Part shown: positions 13,551 to 31,134 of the stretch, piece by piece | Numbering within the stretch: position 1 is the stretch's first letter | How the letters are laid out: every line of letters begins with the position of its first letter | Source: the human T2T-CHM13v2.0 reference genome, Homo sapiens | Reading direction: 5' to 3' (one strand) | Assembly: GCF_009914755.1 (NCBI RefSeq) | Contig: NC_060942.1 | DNA: 64,000 nucleotides | The notes under the pieces: model-generated | What the model was told of the DNA's origin: nothing | Seen by the model: the letters and a program-made list of their open reading frames with translations, nothing else | Database searches by the model: none | Made by a program: the position numbers and the translations under genes

Positions 13551-15974
13551 ATCATACTGAAGATTCTCATATTTTGTTTAAAGAATGTACTTTTGATACT
13601 TGTATATTAATTTTAAAACTGAGGCAAAACATACCAAAAGTAATTTCATTATTTGACAATGGATACTCTGAGAAATCAGTATGATTTGCTAACTCTTGGA
13701 TTTGGTGAAATCAGCTTGTCTGAATTTTCATTATGATTAGCACATACTTTCTCTTACTGATATGTATTTGTACACATGCAAGAAAATCTATAAGTAACTT
13801 AGAAAATATATATGTTATTTTTTTAGCCTGAGAGAGTACTATTTTGTTCCAGGTTTGAGAAAATCTTTCTTGGCAGCCAGTCTTCTTGTGAATGATTAGA
13901 ATTCAGGAGAGATAGTGAGAATGTTGGCATACCTAATAAAAAGAGAGAGAATCTGGGACTGCTTTCAGAGGAATAAAAATAATGATGGTTCATGGAGATA
14001 CTGCTTGTCCTCATTTAGGGTTGGATTATATTCTGGTGTTTGTAAACTTAACAACTCTTGATCACTGAAACTCTAATAAAATCTAGATTTTCCCCCAAAC
14101 GTGCTAATGATGCCAATGTCACTTTTACCTGGCAAAGAACCAGGAATTAATTCGGAGAGTAGAATTTATTTTCTGAACTGAGACCTAAAACATATAACCT
14201 CACCATTAAGTTTGAGGGTACATGATCAATTACAAAAAACATTCTTGCTGCTGCTGTGACCCTAACAGATCCATAAGTATTTGAATGTGGCTTTTTCTTC
14301 ACCTTTCTGCTCTCTTTGATCCTACTTTTCAACCCTTAAAAAACAGAGAAATTTCTTCCTGCAATGCACGAGGAAAGCAAGGCTTTACTTTATAATATGG
14401 GTTTAACTAAAGGACTTGTCAAACTGAATGGAATGTATAGTGATTCAAATGTTCTGACAAGGGCATAGAAAGCAAAGAACAGCACTCTGTGGTTTGTCAA
14501 AAAATCATCTAAAGAACACTTCAACTGTTCCTACTGGGGAAAAAAAGTGTATTATGAATCACAAATCCCTTCTGTTTATACTATAATATAAGCCACCTCC
14601 AGATGAGAGCATAATGAATTAAATAAGATCTCTTTTCATAATAAATAATAGGTTGATACTTAAAAGATGTTTCCATCAAAGCATCTTAGGAAGCTTTATT
14701 TGAGTTAATTGACTCAGCAGTAATTACACATAGAAAGGCTGGTGCTATTAGTTTTCTTACTCTGTGTTCCTGAATTTTATTTCTTCCCCAATTGATGCAT
14801 TATATTTTTGTAAGTTACATCAGAATTCTGATAATTCAATAATAGAATTCAAAAGATATAATTGATATAAAGTATTTAATTAAATTGCAATGGCAGAATA
14901 ATTGCACGATTTACAATATGAATCAAAATTTTTTTCACTAGGTTTACTTTTCTTCCCAAGATTCCTTTTGTTTCTTTGTCATTTTATTTAATCATGCTGT
15001 TTATGAAATAGTTATTATTGAGTAATTGGTGCCAAATGATTCTATTGAGAATTCTACTTTTCTCTCAAGATCAACAAAGGTCCTGCATCCTTAGGAAGAC
15101 TTCCTTATGTAATTCAATCTTTATTTTGTTTCATTTGTGAGACTGCATCTATGATGGGCCTTAAAATTATATTTAATTTATTTCAAAGGTTGACATCTCT
15201 TAATTGTTCTTAAACTAGAGTGCGATTTTATAAAGCTATTCAAGGTAGTTCTGATTTTTGCTTTTGGCTTTGGTAGAAGCTCATACCTGACTGATGTTCC
15301 CACAGAGAACTACGATAAATTGATAAAATATTCTGAAAAAAAAAATTGTTTGAAGGCATTAGAAATTTTCCATTTCTCCAAGATCTGAAGGGCTAAACTT
15401 TCTGACAGAAGCAAAGTACAGATAGGGGAGCTTGCCACTTGCTGTATTTTTCCTGGCAGCATATTCAAATTCTACCTTAATGACTCAAGAGCTGAGTAGA
15501 ACTCTAGGCAGTCTAACAGGATGTGGGAGACAACAGTTAGAGTTCAGATTCTGCCCAGGCAGGGGAGCCAAGGTAAACATCCAAAGATTTCATTGAGGGG
15601 TCTCTAAAGCCCTTCATTCATACATTAATTGTAAAAAAGCATTCCTCAAGAGTATATTCAATTTTTAATTAGTCCAATCCTTGAAAGAAACTATAGCAAA
15701 CTATCCCTAGTTCAAGTTTATTTAAGAAACAAGTTCCTAAAAAACAACAATAATCCAGAAAATATGGTACTGGCATAGATAGATTTATAGGTCAATGAAA
15801 TAGGGTTAAGATTCCAGAAATATTTACTTATTCCACAAAATGAAACAGCTGAGGAGGAGAGTGGCAATCTAAATAACATATAAAATAAAATATCCAATCT
15901 GAAGCAGGGGGGATAAGAGGAAACAAAACATCAAAATGTGCACAATAGAACAAGCGCATGTGGAAAATAAAGGT

Positions 15975-16205
15975 CTGATATAAGGCAAAAAGCAGTGTTT
16001 TTCTGCTCTCACCCTCAATACAACTCAGAATACTTCTGTTACCAGATAATGTGGGGTTTTTCCCTACATACAAGTAATTCTTCCACAGATTCTCCAGGAG
16101 ACACTAGCCGAGTGTCCTCTAATTCAATTCGATTCTGACACAATCTATGTAGAGACAGCATCAGATCCTAGATTGAGGGCTTAGTCCCCCAAAACTTCCC
16201 CTTGC
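15975..16205 (-). mobile_element. MER21-group LTR 3' fragment, cut by the MER61 LTR
   Basis: gtgtcctctaattcaattcgattctgacacaatcta...cagcatcagatcc...gagggcttagtccc is the MER21-group signature. Confidence 0.65.
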
Positions 16206-16529
16206 TGAGACAGCTAGGTGGGAAAGCCTCCATGGTAAAACTCTAACTGGCCTGTGCACTGGGGTGGAGCCACAGAAGTTCATGCCATTTGCAGCAGGGA
16301 AGAACCTGGCCCCTCCTCTTCCCATGTGGAACCTGGAATTTAAACTGCAAGGCAGGAAGTGCACCAGCAGGAGCTCTGGCTTTGTGGAAGGTCTCTGTTT
16401 CCCCTTTTCTTTCATTTTACTCAATAAACCTTACCCTGGTCACTCTTCAAATTGACTGCAAGCCTAAATCTTCATGGCCGTGTGATAAGGACCCAGTCGT
16501 TAGCTGAACTAAGGAAAAGTCCTGAAATA
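16206..16529 (+). mobile_element. MER61A-like 5' LTR of a non-autonomous ERV1
   Basis: starts tgagacagctaggtgggaa, contains AATAAA, ends tagctgaactaaggaaaagtcctgaaata, and is followed immediately by a PBS. Confidence 0.85.
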
Positions 16530-16533
16530 TTTT

Positions 16534-16551
16534 TGGTGCCCAAAGTGGGAC
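16534..16551 (+). promoter_or_regulatory. Retroviral primer-binding site, tRNA-Lys type (decayed)
   Basis: tggtgcccaaagtgggac vs canonical Lys PBS TGGCGCCCAACGTGGGGC (15/18), 4 nt after the LTR. Confidence 0.75.
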
Positions 16552-17302
16552 TTGAAAAGTGGTGAGTGAAATGGGGACTCAGAATCTCTCACTGTCACTT
16601 CTAAGCCTTTTCATTCTCAGACTTCTGTGGATAGGGGAAATAGTGCCCCCATCCCCATTGCTCCCGGGAGTCTGGAAGGTCAACCTCAGTCTCCATGGCT
16701 TTTCCCTTCCTTTTTCAAGAGTAACCTGCAAGCAGCAGCTCACTATCACCCTCTCCTCCCTGCTGGGACTGGGCCGCATGGCCCAGGGAATCCTGGGTGG
16801 CTGGCTGGTAGTCCCTGCCATGAACTGCCCAATACTTCCTCTTCTCCAGCCAAGGGGTTCAACTCCATTGGACAGTAATTAAACTAATCTCCCTGGTGGA
16901 GGAACCACTTGCATGAGAATAAGAGGTTCTTCCCCAGGCATTTTAAAACTGTTCTTCTTTTCTTTTCTCTTATACACTGCATCAGCAGTTAACTTTTAAA
17001 GTTTTTTTTCCTTTAAGAAGATGGTTCACTGGGCTAGGAAATATAAGGATCCCTGTTTATATTCTCTGTAAAGTTTTGGTTGTGAAAAAGGGTGTTCTGG
17101 GGACTGGGCTTTCTCTGGCCTGTCTGTGTGCTTTGTATAATGTCTGCAAAAAAAGCTTTAATTAATTAGGCCTAAAGAAAGACAAGCCCTTGGATCAAAT
17201 TTTTTTAAAGAGAAGATAAAAGCTGTAATACCTTTCAGTTCCCATGATTTTAACCTTTGAGAAATAAAAACAGCCTTAAAGATTATTGGTAAAATGCAGG
17301 TG

Positions 17303-17454
17303 TCATTAAAATGTAAATAGTTGGACTAAATTCTGCAGGTCAGATGCAAGGTTTGCTAATGGTCTTAAGGTTACAAACTCATTAAAATGTAAATAGTTGG
17401 ACTAAATTCTGCAGGTCAGATGCAAGGTTTGCTAATGGTCTTAAGGTTACAAAC
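17303..17454. repeat. Perfect 76-bp tandem duplication
   Basis: 17303-17378 identical to 17379-17454. Confidence 0.97.
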
Positions 17455-17886
17455 TGCTTCTTTGGTTTTGATAACTATTTGACTTGCCAGCTTTACAACT
17501 GGTAAGGCCTGTGGACATATGAAACTAACCATGCCCTTAATTATGCTGGAAAAGTTAAACCTTGGCTACACTTAGGACACAATTAAAACAACCTTCCAGG
17601 TTTTACATTAAAGTTAAAAATTGCTGAGTTACCATTATAACATGTAATTGACACTACTGGAAGTAGATTTACATGCATGGTATCTAAGAACAGTAAAATG
17701 TGTTTTTTTTTTTGTAAAAGGTTATGAGAAGGCATGGAAATGTAAATTTTTGCCTAGGGTTAAAGGATTATTTTGAGTTAGATATAAAACACTGGAGGTT
17801 CAAACAAGTGGTGGAAAAATTTTGGAAATTAATCTTGCAAAAGAGGTTCTCCATGTGAACATATTGACTAAATTCTGAAAGGATAT

Positions 17887-18240
17887 TGTATTAGTCCATT
17901 TTCACACTGCTGATAAAGACATACCCCAGACTGGGCAATTTACAAAAGAAAGAGTTTTAATGGACTTACAATTCCACATGGCTGAGGATGCCTGAAAATC
18001 ATGGCAAAAGGCAAGGAGGAGCAAGTCACATCTTACGTGGATGGCAGCAAGCAAAGAGAGAGCTTGTGCAGGGAAACACTGTCTTCTAAAGCTATCAGAT
18101 CTCATAAGACTTATTCACTATCGTGAGAACAGCATGGGAAAGACCTGCCCCCATGACTCAATTACCTCCCACCAGATCCCTTCCACAATATGTAGGAATT
18201 AAAGATGAAATTTGGTTGGGGACACAGGCAAACCATATCA
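17887..18240 (-). mobile_element. THE1A solo LTR nested in ERV copy 1
   Basis: tgtattagtccattttcacactgctgataaagacata...gcaaggaggagcaagtcacatcttacgtggatggc...aaccatatca; absent at the homologous site of copy 2 (~21690). Confidence 0.92.
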
Positions 18241-21200
18241 GAATTGTTTGGTTTTTCTGTAATTGAGCATTGAAATAAAAGCACAATGAGGTTTGCTTAA
18301 GGCATGAATATGCTCTTTGGCAAAATTTGTAAGGTGTTATAAAGGTTTTTGCTTCTTTAAAATTTGTGAGCCATCATTTTGGCAAAATAAATCTGGAATT
18401 GTATTTTATAATATCAAGTGCTTTAAACATATTAAACAGGCTTCCTAAAATCAAACTTCAGTTTCAAAACTGTCTTTCCTAATGCCTGGATTTTTGGATA
18501 GTTCAGAGGGCCCCTAAAACTTCCAGAAAAGAGAGGTAAACAGGATTATTAGACATATTTAAGTGTGTGAAATTGCCAAAATGATGTACAGTCTTTTTAG
18601 GTTATATTTTTGTGAATAATGCTAATATACGTTCCAAAATTTACTGGGATTTCTAAAATTCTAATGTCTAAGTATATGCTATCAATCATAATTAAGGTTG
18701 TTATGTTAAGTTATTGTTAACTACAAAGGTAATGAGACTTCTTTGTCAATTATGTTTCTAACTGTAACTACCCTGGACATTTTGTTATTCACAGACAATT
18801 GTTGTCTTGTTTTAATCCTTTTCAAAAGATGGTTTATATTAAGCTATAGGACTCTGACAGGCACTCTCAAATACACGTTCTGATAACTTTGAAAATTGTG
18901 ATATTGGAATAAAGAAAAATGTAAAGGACTCATGAATAGCTAAAATGTTCATGAATAGCAAGCAAAACAATGGTTAACTAAATAAACTGAACTCAGGAAA
19001 CTGAAGCAATTCTTTTTAATCTTTGCTTAGATTATTTCTGATTCTTGTTTTGTTTTTCAGAATCAAGGAAACTTATTTTGAACTGTTTATGGCCTTTAAT
19101 AATTGAGTAAGGTATACTCTTGTGAGCATGATTTGGAGTATATTTGTTTTTCTCTGCCTAGTTTCTCTAGAATTTGGAAACTATCTGTGAGTATTCTTAA
19201 CTTATAGCAATATGGTTGTTTGCATCAGTGCAATAAAAATTTATTTGTCTTTTGCAACAGGACACAATTGGAGAAATTGTTTATTTTACCAAGGCTTTAA
19301 CTGGAAGGGTTTACTTTCCTTTAAGGAGTCAATCTTGACTTGCAGAGATGTTAAAAGCCCCATGGGAGACTGGCCTCATATTTTTGCCTAAGCAGTCCCA
19401 GTACAGGGTTTCTGATCTGTGGTCAGTAAAGAATGTCACTTTCTAGGAGGTCCAGGATCTCCAAGGTCATTTTGAGACCATAAGAGGAGAGGTTCACCCA
19501 ACTTACAGGTATTTGAGGATACAAACCCATGGCTGGGCTCAGCTTTAAAAGGTCTTATCTGAGATTCCTTGTGGAACAGAGTTCCATCAAAGCCAATTCA
19601 AAAGGCCTATGTAGAAACAATTATTCTTGTTGCACTTTATGTATATAATCAGGCCAAGTATAAGACTAAAGTCTATTTTGCAAACAACACAATCTTATCA
19701 TGATTTGTTTTTTAAATGAAAATTAGGACTAGAGAGAGAGAAATTATGTTCCAAAACTTAATATACATTTCTCATTAAAATCTAAATTCATTAGTTGTTT
19801 TTAAGTTTTTGCCTACATTGTTAGACTAAACATGCTTGTTCCCGTGAACCAACCAGGAATCTCCAGCTGCAGCTCAGATAGAACAAGAGGGATGGGTAAT
19901 GTAAAAAATCTGGATCAATATTCTAGTTCTGAGCAATTATCTTGCAAATCCTGCCAGGTAATTGGAATAAACAGGGTGCCCATCACCCAGAGGTTTCTTT
20001 TTCGGAAAGTAAGACCAAGGGAAGTAATCAAAGCTAAGCACAATACACCTAAATTCTAGCAAGCATAACTATAGACACCGGTTATCTGGGTATGTCACAA
20101 CTTATCTTTTTCTCTCCCTTATTAGAAGAGGACTCAATTCCACAGCTTCACCTTAGCATTCAGCTATAAGGAGTCCATGCAACCCCCCTGACACACATTT
20201 TTTTGTCCCAACCTCAATTCCAAGCTTTGCCTTGAAGCCCTAGGGAGAAAACTGGATCTGAGGGATCCAGAGGAAGATGATAACAGAAGTTAAAAAGCAC
20301 AGTGCAGGTGAGTGTGACTGATTCATGCAGATTAAGTCAAGCTCAAGCTTCCTGTTTCATGGATAAAGGCCACATTAGTATCCATGTCATAGGTAAGGTC
20401 AAGGGAACTCCAAGGCTACTGACAGTAGATGAGAAAGAGACATGGATGAGATTGGATAATTTCTATACTCTAAGTCTCCTGCTTCACGGGTGCAAACTAC
20501 TTTGGTACTCATGGCAGCAGCTGCCAATGTCACCAGGGCTCAGGAATGTAAAGATGGAAGGAAAGAGGACACTCTTCCCTCTCTCCTTCATGTACCCCAG
20601 GTATCTGCTAGGAAGAAAAGCGAACCAGGGATTCCTGCTCCCCTTTTTCTATATAAGTAGCCATTCATCTTCAGTCTGTACCCTTTTTGAATGCATCGTG
20701 AACTCCTGGGACTCCTTTTTAAAAAAGCTACTTTTTTCCTTTCTCCTCCTTGGATCTGTCTTCACAGATAATTAATTGTGTCTCTGTACTACAGAACACT
20801 CCCCTCAGATGCATCTTCCAAACTGGGAAAGGTTAATTTCCCAAACCTTAAAATGGTTGGCTTAGGATTGGGCTCAGGGAGAAGGAACTCAGAAGCCCAA
20901 CGTGCTGGCAAAAGGGTAAAGTTTTTTGCCAGTTGGGCTTCTGGCCCCCTCTCCCTGAACAAACTGGCAAAAGTCCTTGGGATTTTTGAGCTGTCCTTAC
21001 TCCTCCCCTTGTCTCATTTTGATACATGTTTTCTAACAACCAGATTTGTGCGTTCTGGCCTTCAGGCCATCAAACTCTAAACGGTCATGCAACTAGAGCT
21101 GCTGATGATGGCACCTACTGCACTTCTGCTCAAAACCCTTAAATAGGCCTCTGAGGGAGCTCTGATTGCCATTTTCCAAAACGATGCCTCTTGTCAGCAG

Positions 21201-21257
21201 GAAGCAGTAAAGATTCATTTTCATCCTTATCCTTACTCTAACTGCAGTTAGATGTAG

Positions 21258-24641
<3,384 letters not shown>

Positions 24642-24911
24642 TGAGACTGCCAAGTAAAAAGGGCTCCCTGGAGAATCTTCAGCCAGCCTGAGCACTGGGA
24701 GAATGGGGTGAAGACTTGGGAATTCACACCATTTGCTGGGGAGAGGAGCCTGGCCTCTCTTGTTCTTGGGTGGTAACCTGGGATTTGGCCAGTGAGGTGG
24801 AGAACGCTTTTTCCTTTCAACCCAATAAATTCCACCCTTTTCACCCTTCAAAGTATCTGTGTGCCTAATCTTTCCTGGTCATGTAATAAGTACCTGGATT
24901 TTCCTACAACA
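24642..24911 (+). mobile_element. MER61-family 3' LTR (different subtype from the 5' LTR)
   Basis: tgagactgccaagtaaaaagggctccctggagaa...AATAAA at 24824...ttcctacaaca. Confidence 0.8.
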
Positions 24912-25049
24912 AATGCACTGCCGATAAAGCTATACAATATTAAGCACCCTCCCTAAAGGCTCAGGGACCATCACAGAAGAGAAGAGCGTGTGACATTGTA
25001 AGAGCTGTATTAGGAGGGTGGAGTGTAGTGTTCAAAGCTTCATCTTGGA

Positions 25050-25355
25050 AGCTACTATGCCATGTTGGCTTCTGGTTAACTCCTGTTCCAGAAAGCCTCT
25101 AAAATTTCCAGTTTTATCTATTCTTCCTTGTGTAAGAACAAGTTCCTACCATAAATCCAGCCATTAGGGTCAAGGAATCTCTATGTTATCACAGTTCAAT
25201 TGTCCTACAAATCCCTTCTCAACCACTCCTTTCCCTTGGTATGTGAGCCCTGGGTCTGGTGGGTAATGGTAGAGGGATCCGCCATCTTGTGTCCACCTGA
25301 GACATAAACATGGCTTCTGTTCATAAGTCCCTATTAAATGTTTCTTTCTAAGAAA
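25050..25355 (+). mobile_element. MER39-like LTR fragment
   Basis: gccctgggtctgg...gggatccgccatcttg...catggcttctgttcataagtccctattaaatgtttctttct. Confidence 0.65.
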
Positions 25356-26196
25356 TAAAAGAATAAAAAATAAGATAAATATATCAAAATGATAGATGAA
25401 TAAATTTAATAAGAAGCTACAACTATTCTTCATTCTGTGACCTAATAATCATGGTATTAGAATTTGTTGTAGAAAAAATGAGATAATTAATAGAAAACAT
25501 GGATTTATTATCTAATTGGGAGATTTTAGCATATCTTCTTAAATAAATGATACAGTAAGTCAACAAAAATTCAGTAGAGAAACTGAGTAGTTGAATAACA
25601 GGTAATTAAATTTAAACTAATCTAATATTTGCAAGATACATATTTATTTAAAACTTACATTAAAAACTTACCAAAATTTACTATAGCCTTAGGCAAAAAG
25701 TAAATCTCATCAAATTTCAAAAGGTCAAAGTAATTCAGAAAATATTATCTGAAACCGGAAATAAACTAGAAAGAGAAAAACCAAAAACACTTGGAAATTA
25801 AGCAAAAGATTATTTATCCATCACAAAGAAGAAACCAGAAAGGAAATAAGAAATAATTTGCAATAATAATAATAAATGACTGTAATAGAAATATGACTCC
25901 AAATCTTTGAGATGTAGCTTAGGTAATGTTTGGGGGAAATTTCATGACCTGATTCAAGGTCAATATGAAAAATTGCATATTTTTCTTACATAAGTAGAAT
26001 GTAAAAATAAAACTATTATGTAGATTCCATTTAAAATGTTGAAAATAAATTTAAAATAAAAATAATTTATATGAATAAATTCAATGAAAGATATGTAAAA
26101 CTACCCCTAAATTACAAAATTTTGAAATAAATTTAAATTATATATTAAATACTTCATGTTACAAAATGTCAGTCTCGTTAAATTGATCTCAATTAA

Positions 26197-26556
<360 letters not shown>

Positions 26557-26559
26557 TAA

Positions 26560-27235
26560 TGTTACAGTAGGTAGATAGACATAAGGCAGGCAGGAGAGGG
26601 TTCCCCTCACCCACACCAGTAATGTCAGGTGACCATCAGGTGATGCTCAGGAAGTTGTTAACTGTCTCACTAAAATAATGATTGGTCACAGCCAGGGAAA
26701 GGCAGTGTCCTTTGGTATCAGCAGCTTCCTGGTGATCAGCAGCTTCCTGGTGATCAGTAGCTTCCTAATATGAGCTCAGGAGTTGGGTGACTGGGCTCAA
26801 GCATGTGCATTAAGAGTTTAACTGGTATATGACCTGCTAGAAACATTTGACTGGTAAGGGAAAAATGCCTCAAGGGAACATACGGACAGCTCCAGTAAAC
26901 ACACTCTGCATGCTTCCCTCCCAAGCACTAGCAGGCCACTGAGCATGTGGACAGCCTACCCTGAAGGAAGAATCAGGGGAGAAGGGACACAAGACGCTGG
27001 AAGTATAAAACTTCAAGTCAACAGGTCAAACTGCACACTTGATTTCTCAAGTCGCCCGCTTGGCCCTCTTCCACATGTACTTTACTTCCTTTCATTCTTA
27101 CCCTAAAACTCCTCAGTAAGCTTTCACTCCCGTTCTAAAACTTGCCTCGGTCTCTCCTCCTCGGTCAAATTTTTTCTTCTGAGGGGGCAAAAATTGAGGT
27201 TGCTGCAGACCCCTATGAATTTGCTGTCAGTAACA
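26560..27235 (+). mobile_element. MER50 solo LTR
   Basis: tgttacagtaggtag...ttgaggttgctgcagaccc...taaca; 4-bp TSD ctaa on both sides. Confidence 0.88.
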
Positions 27236-29578
27236 CTAATTCTAAAATCTGTAAGAAAACAAAAAAGACCAAGAAAACATAATCGGTGTTAGTGAAGAAA
27301 AATATTAAAAGAATTTAGTATACTATCAAGAATGATCAATGAAATAATAATAAAAACATTAATTAATCAACATACAAGGGGAACAAAATAGGCCCACACA
27401 CATATGAAAATAAGATTTACAAAAAAGGTGATACTGCTGAGTAGTGGAGGAAAGACGATCTTTTCAGTAAATGGCATTAGGTCAATTGAATGTCCATATA
27501 GCAAAAAATAAATCTTGAGCCACCTTCACATTGTAAACCATAATTAATCTCATGTAGACTATATATATAATCTTACAGTAAAATAATACAACTTCTAAAG
27601 AGTAATACACGAAAATAACAACGTGAGCTTCGCAAAAGATTTTTAAACAGGATATAAGTAAGTACACATGAACAAAAGATTGAAAAATGTAGACAATATT
27701 AAAATTAAGAAAAATATATTCCTGAATTTCAAGGATGAAAAGTTAATATAAATAACATGAAAAAGAATAATCATAGGCTTATCTCCATAGATTCAGAACA
27801 AACTTCTCTTAAAATTCAACACTAATTTATAATAAAAGTGCTTTGAAAACAAGAAATGCAGGGTAATTTCTCTAATATCAGAAATATCTAAAACAACAAA
27901 TATTCATAATCATGAAATATTAATAATGTTGTTTCTAGCATTGGAAATAAGACAAGAATGCCTGTTTTCATAAGAGAATGTATGTCTGCAATCTCCACTT
28001 TTTTTCAGCCTTGTGTTGGTGATCCTAGTCAGTACACTAGCCAAAAAATAAAAATAAAAATAAAAATAAATTTTTTAAGAATTGCAAAAAAAAGAAATAA
28101 AACTGTCACTATTAGCAGAAAACATTTGAGTGCACCAAGAATATCCAAAATGATCTACAGTCAACCTATTAGAATTCATAAGTGAGCCAGCATCTGGAAA
28201 GCAGAGTCTTTCCACATTATGACAACACTTCCATTCTTCTTTCCAGTAGCTTATTATATGAAACACAAATGCCATCTCTCTGGATACCTCGTTGACCTAA
28301 ACTGTGCCTTGCCTTTTTTACATTGAGCATGCCATATTCATCATTCTTTGGGGCCATCTAATCAAACCTATCTCTAAACAAATATCTGTGTTCTCTTTAT
28401 CATATTGTCCCTAAATGCATCCACATAACCATGTGACTCTGTCTTCTACCCTGTAATTCTTTATCGGATCATTCACATGACACTAGATTTGTATCAATAT
28501 TTTCTAGCTTAGCAATAAACTGGAAACTCCTTGAAAGCAGGGAACACATACTGAACAAATTTGTTTTCAATTATGTCTTTTAAGCTTGATATACTCAAAA
28601 GATATTGATCAAATTAACAAACAAAACAGCTTACTAAAAAGAAGTGCCGTAAAATGACATTTTGACAATTTTTTTTTTGTACTGCAGCTTTTTCTCTGTT
28701 TGAACAGCTTGTCTGACAATCTATATAAACACCTTGCCCCAACTCCTTGTTCCTAAATCCAGATAGCTAGTCATGGACAATCCCTTTAATCAATCAGTTT
28801 GCAACTCAAACAAGTAACAATCTGGATGATCTGAAAGAAAGAACAAAATGGGCTTTCCCTGGGCACAGCTGGCATGATGTACAGGGAGTCAGAAGATGTT
28901 CTTCACTGTAATAATTATTTTGACTCTTACTGAATGGCTTAAACTCCCTGGGTATCATTCACAATCTATTTTTGTCTGTAAGAATCTTAACCTTCCCTTT
29001 GATTGAATTTCAGGTATAGTACAACACTGGATGAAAATCAGTAGGAAATTAATATTCAGACAGCTATTAAGGATGTTAAAATTAACAGTATTATTATTAA
29101 AGTTGGCATGATAATTTATATCCAGGCCATATAACTACATTTTTGCCTTTCCAGCTGCATAATGTTAGGACTCACTTTGGATTTCCAGCACAGAGTATTA
29201 TGTCATAAGCCCTGAGTCATTCAAAAACACCTGATGAGTACGTTCTATGTCAAGGAAATATATGAGCACTGTTGAGACACAGCGAACAAGGCAGACAGAT
29301 TATTTGACCCCATGATGTTTACAATTTAGTGCTATAAATATTTTTATAAGTTAATAATGGGTCCAAGCTATTAACCCCTACACTGGTTTATCATCTGAGA
29401 CTATATTTTACAGTCTGTACTGTGTCTTAAGAATATTATATTTCATTATTTTACTTCTCTCAAAATGCTGAGGAGAGATTTCTTTTATTTAATTCATATT
29501 TTTCTCCTTGTCTTAAAATATATTCAAAATAATTTAAATATCAAGTTAAGTTCAGTGATTCTGGAATATCTATAAATG

Positions 29579-29878
29579 TTTTTTTTTTTGAAATTTATTT
29601 ATTTATTTTTATTATTATGCTTTAAGTTTTAGGGTACATGTGCACATTGTGCAGGTTAGTTACATACGTATACATGTGCCATGCTGGTGTGATGCACCCA
29701 CTAACTCGTCATCTAGCATTAGGTATATCTCCCAATGCTATCCCTCCCCCCTCCCCCCACCCCACAACAGTCCCCAGAGTGTGATGTTCCCCTTCCTGTG
29801 TCCTTGTGATCTCATTGTTCAATTCCCACCTATGAGTGAGAATATGCGGTGTTTGGTTTTTTGTTCTTGCGATAGTTT
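29579..29878 (-). mobile_element. L1PA2 3' end, 5'-truncated
   Basis: cacattgtgcagg, ccactaactcgtcatctagc (GAG, not the Ta-subfamily ACA), cccaatgct, aatatgcgg, ttgttcttgcg. Confidence 0.9.
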
Positions 29879-30308
29879 TTTACAATAAACAGACTCTTCA
29901 ATTTTGATTTGAGGAGAACTTTATGGTCATAATTATTTTACAAATAAGAAAACTGATTATATTATATTCCATATTCCAACAGAATACCAACTTTACAGGA
30001 ATTAGGAATTGGGCGAATGTTTATTAAGATAAAATGGAAATTACATTTCTAATTCAAAGCCATGATTTACCTCTGAAAAGGTAAATAAGAAAAATATATA
30101 AGAAGGAAAGTGTAAAAGGGACTAAGATTCATTTGAAAAATTTTAATTATCAAATTACTTGAAGACCTTTCATACTGTATTTTTTTATTATATCAACTGT
30201 TCTTGCATTTCATGATGTATTTGACACCACACAATATGACATGTCAAAAGCAATATCACAAGTGGAAAACAAAGACAAGGCCGACTTAGGGCCTCTCAAC
30301 TGCAGGAC

Positions 30309-30310
<2 letters not shown>

Positions 30311-30344
<34 letters not shown>
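30311..30344. repeat. (GT)17 microsatellite
   Basis: read directly. Confidence 0.97.
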
Positions 30345-30346
<2 letters not shown>

Positions 30347-30461
30347 TACATTGTTTAACATCTTCAACTTTTTCAAATATTATCAACAATAATTTATTAA
30401 CTTACCTCTAAAGTTGGTTTTTGATTTTTTTCTTCTAATTTTCCTACAGTATCTCTTGGTT

Positions 30462-31134
30462 TGTAATCATCCACTAGCTCATCTTGCCCTCTGCCCAAAT
30501 AGAGCCAATTTGTCAAGACAGGAATTGCATAGATAAAGAGTTTAATACACGCAGACCTGGCTAAATAAGCATCTTGAGTTCTATTATTACTCAAATCAGC
30601 CTCTCTAAAAATTTAGAGGCTGGAGTTTTTTAAAGATTTGGTGGGCAGCAGGACTAGGGAATGGGAATGCCTATTGGTTGGGTTGGTTGGGGACAAATTC
30701 ATAGGGAGTAGAAGCTGACTTCTTGCGCTGAGTCAGTTCCTGGGTGGGTGCCACAAGACAAGATGAGCCAGTTTACTAGTTTGGGTGTTACCGCTGATCC
30801 ATCAGAATGCGGGGTCTGAAAAATACCTCAACTACCAATCTCAGAAATTAAAATAGTAACGTTATCCACAGGAGCAATTGCGGAAGTTAAGGATCTTGTG
30901 GCCCCTGGCTGCATGGTTCTCAGGCAAGGAGGGGATTTGTTTTGGGAAAGGGCTGTTACCATCTTTGTTTCAAAGTTAAACTGTAAACAAAATTCCTCCT
31001 ATGGTTAGCTGGGCTTATATCCAGGAATGAACAAGGGCAGTTTGGAAGTTAAATGCAAGATGGAGTCAATTAGGTAAGCTCTCTTTTACTATCATAATTT
31101 TCACACTGTTATAGTTTTTGCAAAGGCAGTTTCA
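30462..31134 (-). mobile_element. LTR8-family (LTR8A-like) solo LTR
   Basis: tgtaatc...ttattactcaaatcagcctc...tgagtcagttcctgggtggg...tttttgcaaaggcagtttca; TSD ggtt/gctt. Confidence 0.85.

Noticed and set aside
16206-16529. p53 response element in the MER61 LTR
   Set aside because: Some MER61 subfamilies carry p53 sites, but I see no paired RRRCWWGYYY decamers in either LTR here.
29579-29881. L1PA2 apparently lacking a TSD (possible insertion-mediated deletion)
   Set aside because: A short TSD, gtttttt (from 29578 and at 29875-29881), overlapping L1 microhomology and followed by a, explains the junctions.
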